IMG/VR virus record: IMGVR_UViG_2645727970_000011
Span: 1-35,266 of that record
Source: a virus
Taxonomy: Duplodnaviria; Heunggongvirae; Uroviricota; Caudoviricetes
Direction: 5' to 3' (one strand)
Length of the DNA: 35,266 nucleotides
The notes beneath the pieces are model-generated. The model was not told the origin of the DNA, made no database searches, and saw only the letters and a list, made by a program, of their open reading frames with translations. The translations under genes were made by a program, and so were the position numbers. Of the stretch, positions 1 to 6,350 are shown in pieces (within the stretch, counting starts at the first letter, position 1; each line of letters begins with the position of its first letter).

Positions 1-63
1 TATTACTGCTTTGTTCTGTGCAGCACGAAGCATCTGGTGATTGATGGCTATTTCATTGCGCAT
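1..63 (-). CDS. 5' end of an unidentified early-left-operon gene, truncated by the window start
   Basis: Minus-strand ATG at 63..61 opens MRNEIAINHQMLRAAQNKAVI... which runs off the window; lies directly downstream of the cIII homolog in the leftward operon. Confidence 0.35.
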   Translation of the reverse strand, partial: MRNEIAINHQMLRAAQNKAVI

Positions 64-179
64 AATAAGACCTCAACTCTTTTCCATCCGTCACGTAATT
101 TACGGGTGATTCGTTCAAGTAAAGATTCATTTAGTTGGAAGGCACCCATGCGAGCGCCTCCCGCGATTGCGTAAATCAT
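48..179 (-). CDS. cIII: CIII-like protease-inhibitor peptide (43 aa); below the 60-aa cutoff of the ORF track
   Basis: Hand translation MIYAIAGGARMGAFQLNESLLERITRKLRDGWKRVEVLLCAMK; the core ESLLERITRKLRDGWKR and the M-YAIAG N-terminus match lambda CIII as I recall it; AAGGAA Shine-Dalgarno about 7 nt upstream. Confidence 0.7.
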   Translation of the reverse strand: MIYAIAGGARMGAFQLNESLLERITRKLRDGWKRVEVLLCAMK

Positions 180-203
180 GGGTGGTTCCTTATGTTGGTT
201 TTA

Positions 204-1172
204 TTAGTAGGTTATTTTTGTTGCGAATACTTCGCCTTTTACGATGGCTGTTATGATATTTTTAGCAACATCTTCTGATGCGCCAACCTTGATAAGGTCA
301 GCAAGTATTTTGTTATTTACTTCTTTCCGGTGAGCTTTATCCTTTGCTCTGCGCTCTTCTTCGTCCTTGATTCTTTTTTCTTCTGCTATTCTGGCTTGCT
401 CTTTTGCTTCAGCCTCGCGCCGGATTCGTTCAGCCTCCTCCTGTGCTTTTCGGCGTTCTGCTTCAATTGCCGCCTGCTTTTCTCTTTCAGCTCGTTCTGC
501 TGCCTCTTTTGCTTCGCGCTGTGCTCGTTGCTCGGCTTCAATGCGTTCACGCTCTGCACGTTCCGCTGCGGCCTTAGCTTCTGCTTCTCGCCTTGCTGCT
601 GCTTCAATTTCGGCTTTTGCCTTTGCTTCGGCTTCTGCTCTGGCTTTCTCTTCAGCTTCTCTTTTTAAGCGTTCTTCATGCTCTCGCTTTTCCTGCTCCG
701 CTTTGAGTCTTGCCTCTTCTCTTTGGCGGTCAAATTCGCGATCCATCAAAATCGCTATTTCATGGTCAGACTCAATTTGCTTTGCGAGAGCTTCAGCTGC
801 TGCCTTAGCTTCTTCTTCGGCTTTAATCCGCGCCTGTTCTTCCTCATAATCAGTAAGAGGCTGGCGCGCCTTGGCTTTCAGTTCATCAAGGCGATCGCGC
901 ACTGTCTTGCGGTTAGCATCAATTAGCTTTGGAATTTCCTTCAGTTCAGCAACAAGGTCTTTACCAAGACCATCGAGATATGTTTTCGTCTGCGCAACTT
1001 TATACGCCAGAGAAGCGATCTCCTTTCTGCCCTTTGCCGTTGTGATATCAGGCACAAAGGACATAACTTCACGTTCAACCTTTTGAAGGATTTCTTCAAT
1101 CTGGTCGGCAGACTGAAATACAGTCATTGCATTTGCTTTTTCAATAACAACTAAATCTGTTACTTCACTCAT
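204..1172 (-). CDS. Hypothetical highly charged coiled-coil protein (322 aa) of the pL operon
   Basis: Track ORF; central ~200 aa is E/A/K/R-rich repeat (AEEKARAEAEAKAKAEIEAAARREAEAKAAAERAERERIEAEQRAQREAKEAAERAEREKQ) between non-repetitive N- and C-terminal domains; GGAGG-type SD upstream of the ATG at 1172. Confidence 0.75.
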   Translation of the reverse strand: MSEVTDLVVIEKANAMTVFQSADQIEEILQKVEREVMSFVPDITTAKGRKEIASLAYKVAQTKTYLDGLGKDLVAELKEIPKLIDANRKTVRDRLDELKAKARQPLTDYEEEQARIKAEEEAKAAAEALAKQIESDHEIAILMDREFDRQREEARLKAEQEKREHEERLKREAEEKARAEAEAKAKAEIEAAARREAEAKAAAERAERERIEAEQRAQREAKEAAERAEREKQAAIEAERRKAQEEAERIRREAEAKEQARIAEEKRIKDEEERRAKDKAHRKEVNNKILADLIKVGASEDVAKNIITAIVKGEVFATKITY

Positions 1173-1207
1173 ATATCCTCCTTAATTTGTATGCGTCAAA
1201 TCCGCGC

Positions 1208-1519
1208 TCAGGCTGCTGAGGTTTCTTCTTTCAGGCTTTCGATATATTTACGTGGGTCGTCGTAACATTGGCATTCGCTGTACCAATCTACCCAGCGATC
1301 CGTAAGCCCCATCTCTGATAAATCTTCATCAGTAATGCTCTCATCCCACATCTCAAGGCCGTTAGCATTGCAGTAGTCAGGCTTGATATTGTTGTCATAC
1401 TGAAAGGCATCATAATCAGCCAGTGCATCCATCAGGCGAACACCCTCTTCAACACTTGCCACTTCTACAATGAACGGCTTCATAGGAACTTGCGGGATAT
1501 GCCAGACACGTAATTTCAT
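1208..1519 (-). CDS. Hypothetical acidic protein (103 aa)
   Basis: Track ORF starting at ATG 1519 with a GGAGG SD just upstream (complement of 1524..1528); no recognisable family. Confidence 0.6.
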   Translation of the reverse strand: MKLRVWHIPQVPMKPFIVEVASVEEGVRLMDALADYDAFQYDNNIKPDYCNANGLEMWDESITDEDLSEMGLTDRWVDWYSECQCYDDPRKYIESLKEETSAA

Positions 1520-1531
1520 ATTTCCTCCGTC

Positions 1532-1558
1532 AAAAAAATGCCCTCACACTGGAGGGCA
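1532..1558 (-). terminator. Rho-independent terminator on the minus strand
   Basis: Minus strand reads a 7-bp stem (tgccctc / gagggca, plus-strand 1539..1545 and 1552..1558) with 6-nt loop followed by a run of seven U (plus-strand A7 at 1532..1538). Confidence 0.7.
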
Positions 1559-1619
1559 AAGAAGATTTCCAATAATCAGAACAAGTCGGCTCCTGTTTAG
1601 TTACGAGCGACATTGCTCC

Positions 1620-1647
1620 GTGTATTCACTCGTTGGAATGAATACAC
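1620..1647. other. Intergenic hairpin (9-bp stem, 10-nt loop)
   Basis: gtgtattca (1620..1628) pairs with tgaatacac (1639..1647); sits just downstream of the 156-aa gene; no U-tract on either strand. Confidence 0.4.
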
Positions 1648-1661
1648 AGTGCTTATTCGTA

Positions 1662-2132
1662 CTAATAAAACACCCAGTTTTCTGTTTCTTGGTTGTGTCC
1701 AAAGTTATATTCAATATCTGGTGTTGATGTATCAATATTTTTCATCCCATCAACAAGAGTTGATACAACAGCCAAATCTTGTTTTATTCTCATTAAATGG
1801 TATTTCTTCCGACGCAATAAACTTTCAATAGCAAGTTTCTTCGTTGGGAATGCAAAAGATCTTTCTGCATTTTTTGCTACTTTCTTAATTGCATATCTAT
1901 TTCTCCTTTGTTTCCATTCCTGTAACCACTGATTTGGTGCTGGTTTAAAATCAACAATCCAATGCGCAGGAACCAACCATGCATAATGCTCTGTCTGATG
2001 AAAAGCTATATATTGAAGTGCGAATATTTTGATTCCATCTTCTTCAACTGTCGCTTGGAATCTCCAGAAAACAGGCATTCCATTATGTTCAGTTTCTGAT
2101 TCAGGAAAAGGTACGCTCCATGATTTTGTCAT
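1662..2132 (-). CDS. Hypothetical protein (156 aa), AT-rich moron candidate
   Basis: Track ORF; GAGGTG SD before the ATG at 2132; visibly AT-rich compared with neighbouring genes; flanked by minus-strand terminators at 2181..2206 and 1532..1558. Confidence 0.65.
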   Translation of the reverse strand: MTKSWSVPFPESETEHNGMPVFWRFQATVEEDGIKIFALQYIAFHQTEHYAWLVPAHWIVDFKPAPNQWLQEWKQRRNRYAIKKVAKNAERSFAFPTKKLAIESLLRRKKYHLMRIKQDLAVVSTLVDGMKNIDTSTPDIEYNFGHNQETENWVFY

Positions 2133-2180
2133 ATCTCACCTCAAATAATTCAGTGCAGTGTTTATTCTGTTGTTTATGCC

Positions 2181-2206
2181 AAAAATAAAGGCCGACTATG
2201 CGGCCT
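2181..2206 (-). terminator. Rho-independent terminator on the minus strand, overlapping the stop of the upstream gene
   Basis: aggccg (2189..2194) / cggcct (2201..2206) stem with 6-nt loop, followed on the minus strand by uuauuuuu (plus-strand 2181..2188). Confidence 0.6.
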
Positions 2207-2819
2207 CGGAAGGAAGTCCAATCATCTTATTCAAATCTTCTACCCGTAAAGCAGGAAGTGCTGTACTTGCTTTATCTGCTTCTTTTGGTAGCAATTCTTT
2301 GCTTTCAGGCCAAACTTCAATAAGTCGCTTAACTGTTGTGACTGAGTTCAAAGCAGCCCATACATTTGATTCGATATCCTTTTTCTTGGCTTCAAGTTTT
2401 TGTTGCAATGCGCAGATTTCATCAAACCTTTTTGTTATTTCGTGTTCTGCGTCAAACATGCATTTATCTTTTTCTGGGGTGGGGAGCAATATATCTTCAC
2501 CGTTGCCGTCTTTTCCGTATGAATGCCAGCCAACCCTTCTTCCAGATACAGTCAGATAAATCGAAGCAGAACGAACATCGCATGAGTAAAATGAACATCC
2601 CATCTTCTCAAGTTCTTCACTTATAGCTGCTAACTTGGATGATAACCGATCCACTTCCTCAGTTTTCTTTTTACCGCCAAACGCAATAACTCTGGCGTCA
2701 AGTGCAAGCTGGTTCTTTAACTTTGTTACTTCTTCAAGTTCAGTGAAAACCCCAGACTTAATTAAAGCGTTACGAGCGATTTCCTCTTTCATTCTCGTAG
2801 TTAAGCGGATTGATGACAT
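2196..2819 (-). CDS. Hypothetical protein (~207 aa) of the pL operon
   Basis: Track ORF 2196..2834 begins with TTG; an in-frame ATG at 2819 has a GAGG SD 7 nt upstream, giving MSSIRLTTRMKEEIARNA...; no recognised family. Confidence 0.6.
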   Translation of the reverse strand: MSSIRLTTRMKEEIARNALIKSGVFTELEEVTKLKNQLALDARVIAFGGKKKTEEVDRLSSKLAAISEELEKMGCSFYSCDVRSASIYLTVSGRRVGWHSYGKDGNGEDILLPTPEKDKCMFDAEHEITKRFDEICALQQKLEAKKKDIESNVWAALNSVTTVKRLIEVWPESKELLPKEADKASTALPALRVEDLNKMIGLPSEAA

Positions 2820-2955
2820 ATTAATTCCTCTCAAATAAGTGGTTTGCTGCCTAATTTCATTTTCTGGCGACCAACACAGGTCACACCCATTTCACTGCGT
2901 GGCTTGCGGTAGTAAATACGGTTATTTATGTCATTAAAAACCAGCGTGAGCGTGG

Positions 2956-3222
2956 TTATTTTTTCTTTCCAAGAGATGGAAGCCCTCCAGAATAATCTGG
3001 ACCACTTGAACGATGCATTTGATACAATATTGCGTTTTTGTTGGCGTTTAGTGGCTTTGTTGCGAAAGAAATTTTTTCTCGTTTTACATCTCTTATCATC
3101 ATCAACTCACGTTCTGATGCTTTTGGATGATAATCATTGATATGCTTCCATGCTGCCTTGGCGCTGAATTTTCTTCCACATAAAGGGCAATAGCATTTAT
3201 ATGATACTTGTTTGCTAGTCAT
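2956..3222 (-). CDS. Small C2H2-type zinc-finger-like protein (88 aa)
   Basis: Translation contains YKCYCPLCGRKFSAKAAWKHINDYH, i.e. C-x2-C-x12-H-x4-H spacing of a classical C2H2 finger; the ATG at 3222 lies 2 nt after the N stop, so it is co-transcribed from pL. Confidence 0.6.
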   Translation of the reverse strand: MTSKQVSYKCYCPLCGRKFSAKAAWKHINDYHPKASERELMMIRDVKREKISFATKPLNANKNAILYQMHRSSGPDYSGGLPSLGKKK

Positions 3223-3224
3223 TT

Positions 3225-3533
3225 CTATCTCGCCGTAATTGATTTCATTGACCTGTAACCAGCAGCATACAGTGCAACTTCAGGCAAACAAACGCTTCCG
3301 CCATTCGCATCTGTATTTGATTTACTGATGATGCCGAGTGATATTGCTTTTTCAGAAAGACTTAAACGCTTTCTCGGTTCTTCCTGAACAGCTTCCTCAC
3401 TGTCTGTGCCGAAGATCGAATCGATGATGTTGCAGATGGAATCACGCTCGATAGCCAGCTTTCTGCGCCGCTCATGACGGCGAGTTTTGGCATTTCCTGC
3501 AAATGTTGATTTTCCGTACACGATTACCGTCAT
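3225..3533 (-). CDS. N: N-type transcription antiterminator (P22 gene 24-like), 102 aa
   Basis: Internal ATG at 3533 with GAGGA SD 7 nt upstream; arginine-rich motif GNAKTRRHERRRKLAIER matches the P22 N boxB-binding peptide as I recall it; the track ORF extends upstream from a GTG and that N-terminal extension is rejected. Confidence 0.85.
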   Translation of the reverse strand: MTVIVYGKSTFAGNAKTRRHERRRKLAIERDSICNIIDSIFGTDSEEAVQEEPRKRLSLSEKAISLGIISKSNTDANGGSVCLPEVALYAAGYRSMKSITAR

Positions 3534-3652
3534 GATGTTTTCCTCATGTGAAATGGCTTTGGTGGTGATGCGCCAGGTGCTGATCTTCTGGTTGCTGTCG
3601 TTGCAGCTGCAATTCACATCACCGCCAAACCCATCTCGTTTGGTATCTGTTT

Positions 3653-3687
3653 GCGCTTTGTCAGCGCCCCATCGAAGTTAAAGAGCC
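3653..3687 (-). promoter_or_regulatory. nutL site: boxA plus boxB
   Basis: Minus strand reads GGCTCTTTAAC (boxA-like, 3677..3687) then GCGCTGACAAAGCGC (3653..3667), the P22-type boxB-left hairpin from memory; positioned between pL and N. Confidence 0.8.
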
Positions 3688-3732
3688 TGCCAATCTGTTC
3701 CGTTTGGCTTCCAGCTTCCTGCTGATGGCTAA

Positions 3733-3761
3733 ATAGTACGATGTGTGCTTTATTGAGTCAA
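3733..3761 (-). promoter_or_regulatory. pL-like leftward early promoter with overlapping operator
   Basis: Minus strand reads TTGACT (3761..3756), a 17-bp spacer, then TACTAT (3738..3733); the spacer holds an AGTAC-containing motif that recurs in the cI-cro intergenic region. Confidence 0.6.
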
Positions 3762-3821
3762 TACAAAATGTTCTAAATGCGGTTAGTTTTTTATAACACT
3801 TTGTATTTTATTGATTTATAT

Positions 3822-3856
3822 TTTGGAAAAAGAAAACCCGACGCTAAGGTCGGGTT
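3822..3856 (-). terminator. Rho-independent terminator downstream of cI
   Basis: Minus strand: stem acccgac / gtcgggt (3835..3842 with 3849..3856), 6-nt loop, then a U-rich tract (uuuucuuuuucc). Confidence 0.7.
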
Positions 3857-3886
3857 ATTGTTGTGTGTTTTAGAGTGGTGAGGCTG

Positions 3887-4546
3887 TTAACTAAATGTCT
3901 CTTCAGGCCACTGGCTGGCGATAACTTTCCCTACTACGGAACAGCTATCATTGCATGGGATCATTGGATATTGCGGGTTTAGTGGTTGTAGGAACACCTG
4001 ACCGCTATCCCTGATCAGTTTCTTGAAGGTAAACTCGTCACCACCAAGTCTGGCTATGCAGAAATCACCTGGCTCAACAGCCTGCTCAGGGTCAACGAGA
4101 ATTAACATCCCGTCAGGAAAGCTTGGCTTGGATCCTGTTGGTGCGGTCATGGAATTACCTTCAACTTCAAGCCAAAACGCACAATCACTGGCTTTTTTGG
4201 TTGTGCTGACCCATCTCTCCGCATCGCCTTTGGTAAAGGTTCTAAGCTCAGGCGAGAACATCCCGGCCTGAACATGAGAAAAAACAGGGTACTCATATTG
4301 TTTTTTAACGGGGGCAGATGAGTATTCGCCAACAGGTGAAAATGTACCGTCGTGGTTGAATGAGACGTTATCAATACCAAGGTATTTAAACACCACACCA
4401 ATCTCGTCAAGAGATGGATGACGAGATCCGCGCAACCAGTGACCAATTCCACCCTGCGTCATACCAAGCTCTTCAGCTAACTTCTCTTGAGTTATGCCGA
4501 GTTCTTTCATTCTGGATCTAGCCAGTTCATACCATTTCATTTTCAT
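3887..4546 (-). CDS. cI: CI-type prophage repressor (HTH plus LexA-like S24 autopeptidase domain), 219 aa
   Basis: Start taken at the MKMKW ATG (4546) rather than the longer track ORF; N-terminal HTH ([22 protein letters not shown]), Ala-Gly cleavage site (HVQAGMF), GNSM catalytic serine motif and downstream Lys; divergent from cro. Confidence 0.85.
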   Translation of the reverse strand: MKMKWYELARSRMKELGITQEKLAEELGMTQGGIGHWLRGSRHPSLDEIGVVFKYLGIDNVSFNHDGTFSPVGEYSSAPVKKQYEYPVFSHVQAGMFSPELRTFTKGDAERWVSTTKKASDCAFWLEVEGNSMTAPTGSKPSFPDGMLILVDPEQAVEPGDFCIARLGGDEFTFKKLIRDSGQVFLQPLNPQYPMIPCNDSCSVVGKVIASQWPEETFS

Positions 4547-4657
4547 ATCCTTATTATTACGCTCTGTACTAAAACCATCCATGCACAAGATGTATTTTTT
4601 GTTTGCATTCCAAAAGTACATGTCGTATTATTGTTTCATGGTTACTATGGAGGGCAT
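4547..4657. promoter_or_regulatory. oR/pR/pRM divergent control region
   Basis: Rightward pR candidate: TTGCAT (4603..4608), 17-bp spacer, TATTAT (4626..4631), then GGAGGG SD and cro ATG at 4658; AGTAC-containing operator-like motifs at about 4562..4576 and 4611..4625. pRM not resolved. Confidence 0.6.
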
Positions 4658-4873
4658 ATGAGCAACCTACGAAAATATCGAGAGTCACTGAATATCTCTC
4701 AAACAACACTTGCTAAGGCGGTTGGATGCACACAGGGAGCTATCGGACATTGGGAATCTGGTCGTCGCTTCCCAGACCTTAAAACATGCCGTGCTCTTGT
4801 TGCGTGCCTAAACAAGTTAGGCGCAAAAGTCAGTCTTGATGACGTGTTCCCACCGGAACACAAAGCCGCTTAA
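4658..4873 (+). CDS. cro: Cro-like HTH repressor (71 aa)
   Basis: ATG at 4658 after GGAGGG SD; HTH motif QTTLAKAVGCTQGAIGHWESG; the track ORF from 4487 is an upstream open-frame artefact. Confidence 0.8.
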   Translation: MSNLRKYRESLNISQTTLAKAVGCTQGAIGHWESGRRFPDLKTCRALVACLNKLGAKVSLDDVFPPEHKAA

Positions 4874-4883
4874 TAAGCGGATC

Positions 4884-4918
4884 CGCTCTTTATCAATCTG
4901 CACCGCCGACAACGCGGT
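4884..4918 (+). promoter_or_regulatory. nutR site: boxA plus boxB
   Basis: CGCTCTTTA (4884..4892) followed by ACCGCCGACAACGCGGT (4902..4918), the P22-type boxB-right hairpin from memory; immediately downstream of cro. Confidence 0.8.
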
Positions 4919-4926
4919 AACTAATT

Positions 4927-4958
4927 AATCACTCATCGAAAGATGAGTATTAGTGATT
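4927..4958 (+). terminator. tR1-like hairpin between nutR and cII
   Basis: Imperfect hairpin: aatcact / agtgatt outer stem, catc / gatg inner stem, GAAA tetraloop, followed by AUUU; occupies the position of tR1. Confidence 0.35.
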
Positions 4959-4982
4959 ATTTACCTATGGAAATAGTAAGAA

Positions 4983-5279
4983 ATGGAACAAACAAGTTAC
5001 AGCAAACTATCACAGAGCGACGTTGATCGCGCAGAAACAGATTTACTCATCAACCTGTCAACGCTTACCCAGCGCGGTCTGGCAAAGATGATTGGCTGTC
5101 ATGAATCGAAGATAAGCAGAACGGACTGGAGATTTATTGCTTCGGTCTTGTGTGCTTTTGGAATGGCATCAGACATCAGTCCAATTAGCAGGGCTTTTAA
5201 GTATGCGCTTGATGGACTCACCAATAAAAAACGCCCGGCGGCAACCGAGCGTTCTGAACAAATCCAGATGGAATTCTGA
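4983..5279 (+). CDS. cII: CII transcriptional activator (98 aa)
   Basis: C-terminal [20 protein letters not shown] matches the lambda CII C-terminus as I recall it; HTH region [14 protein letters not shown]; located cro-distal as in lambda. Confidence 0.85.
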   Translation: MEQTSYSKLSQSDVDRAETDLLINLSTLTQRGLAKMIGCHESKISRTDWRFIASVLCAFGMASDISPISRAFKYALDGLTNKKRPAATERSEQIQMEF

Positions 5280-5311
5280 GGTCATTACTGGATCAATCCA
5301 CAGGAGTAATT

Positions 5312-5458
5312 ATGACAAAACAACTCAGTCCTTACCAGGACAAAATTCACAAACACATACTACGTGATCGCTTCCTGTCCAGCTTCAAGCAGCCTGGTCG
5401 ATTCCGGGCTGAGTTGGAAAAAGTGAAGCTGATGCAGAAGGAGAAAGGTCATGAGTAA
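5312..5458 (+). CDS. Small basic ORF (48 aa) between cII and the replication initiator; below the track cutoff
   Basis: AGGAG SD 5 nt upstream of the ATG at 5312; translation [48 protein letters not shown]; its end overlaps the O start by 8 nt. Confidence 0.5.
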   Translation: MTKQLSPYQDKIHKHILRDRFLSSFKQPGRFRAELEKVKLMQKEKGHE

Positions 5459-6350
5459 CATATCTAATCTAGCCGAAGCCAGAGAGGCCAGAAGGCTACA
5501 ACGACCGCATCAAAGCAGCGGTAAGGGGTATGCCTTGCTGCACCGTAAAATTATGGATGTGCCGTTTTACAAGGACGCAGAAGCAGCGCATCTGTGGGTT
5601 CACTTAATCCTCAAAGCAAAGCATACGCCTGAGTATGTAATGACTGACGCAGGAGAAATTCTGGTAGGCAAAGGGAAGCTACTTGGCGGTAGAAACTCTC
5701 TGGCGTTTGAAACAGGACTCAAACCAGATCGCGTTCAGTACCTGCTTAGAAAGTTCAAAAAACTCGGCATGATTGACTGGGTTTCACACGGTAAATTCTC
5801 AGTTTTCTCGGTAGAGAAATATGACGATTATCAGTCAAATTTTGTACCAGCAGATTACCAGCAAATTACCACCTCAAAGCCAGCAATACCAATGCCTGTA
5901 AGCAATACAGTACCAGCAGATTACCAGCAAATTACCACAGATAAAGAATATAATAATATTATCTCTAATACTGACGTATTAGAGAGTGCCACAGCAGACA
6001 AAAAGTCTGACAAGAAAAAACCTTCCGTCAGCTGTCAGGATGTTGTCGATGCTTACCACGAAATCCTTCCTGAAGCGCCAAGAATCCGCGCACTGAATGA
6101 CAAGCGTAAAAACCAGATCCGAACGTTCTGGCGCAAAGCCGGAGTTATAACCCGCCAGCTTGACGGGCATGGGTTCTCGATGCAGGACTGGAGAAATTAT
6201 TTGAGCTACGTAGGCGAAAATTGCCGATGGATGTTCGAAGAGCGCCCAAACCATCAACGCGGAACTGTCTGGCACAAAAAGGGATTTGATTTCCTGCTTA
6301 ACGATAATACCTACCTGAAAGTTCGTGAGGGTGAACACGATGACCGATAA
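5451..6350 (+). CDS. O: Replication initiator, O-like (P22 gene 18-like), 299 aa
   Basis: Track ORF; position after cII; contains the in-frame repeat [10 protein letters not shown] x2 that corresponds to DNA iterons; followed by an overlapping helicase gene. Confidence 0.7.
   Translation: MSNISNLAEAREARRLQRPHQSSGKGYALLHRKIMDVPFYKDAEAAHLWVHLILKAKHTPEYVMTDAGEILVGKGKLLGGRNSLAFETGLKPDRVQYLLRKFKKLGMIDWVSHGKFSVFSVEKYDDYQSNFVPADYQQITTSKPAIPMPVSNTVPADYQQITTDKEYNNIISNTDVLESATADKKSDKKKPSVSCQDVVDAYHEILPEAPRIRALNDKRKNQIRTFWRKAGVITRQLDGHGFSMQDWRNYLSYVGENCRWMFEERPNHQRGTVWHKKGFDFLLNDNTYLKVREGEHDDR
5844..5975. repeat. ori-like element inside the O gene: iterons plus AT-rich tract
   Basis: 29-bp repeat gtaccagcagattaccagcaaattaccac at 5844..5872 and 5910..5938 (each holding two ACCAGCARATT sub-units), followed by agataaagaatataataatattatctctaata. 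Confidence 0.7.

Noticed and set aside
330-1086. Plus-strand ORFs of 112, 160, 82 and 71 aa (330..668, 367..849, 678..926, 871..1086), plus a minus-strand 73-aa ORF (386..607), all overlapping the coiled-coil gene
   Set aside because: Low-complexity shadow frames created by the repetitive GCN/GAA codon composition of the 322-aa minus-strand gene; Ser/Leu/Phe/Cys-rich nonsense translations with no ribosome-binding sites.
3534-3617. N-terminal 28-codon extension of the N ORF in the track
   Set aside because: Starts at a GTG with no SD, whereas the internal ATG at 3533 has a GAGGA SD and yields a protein beginning close to the arginine-rich motif like known N proteins.
4547-4621. N-terminal 25-codon extension of the cI ORF in the track
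   Set aside because: Would place the start inside the operator/promoter region; the MKMKW start at 4546 gives a normal HTH N-terminus.
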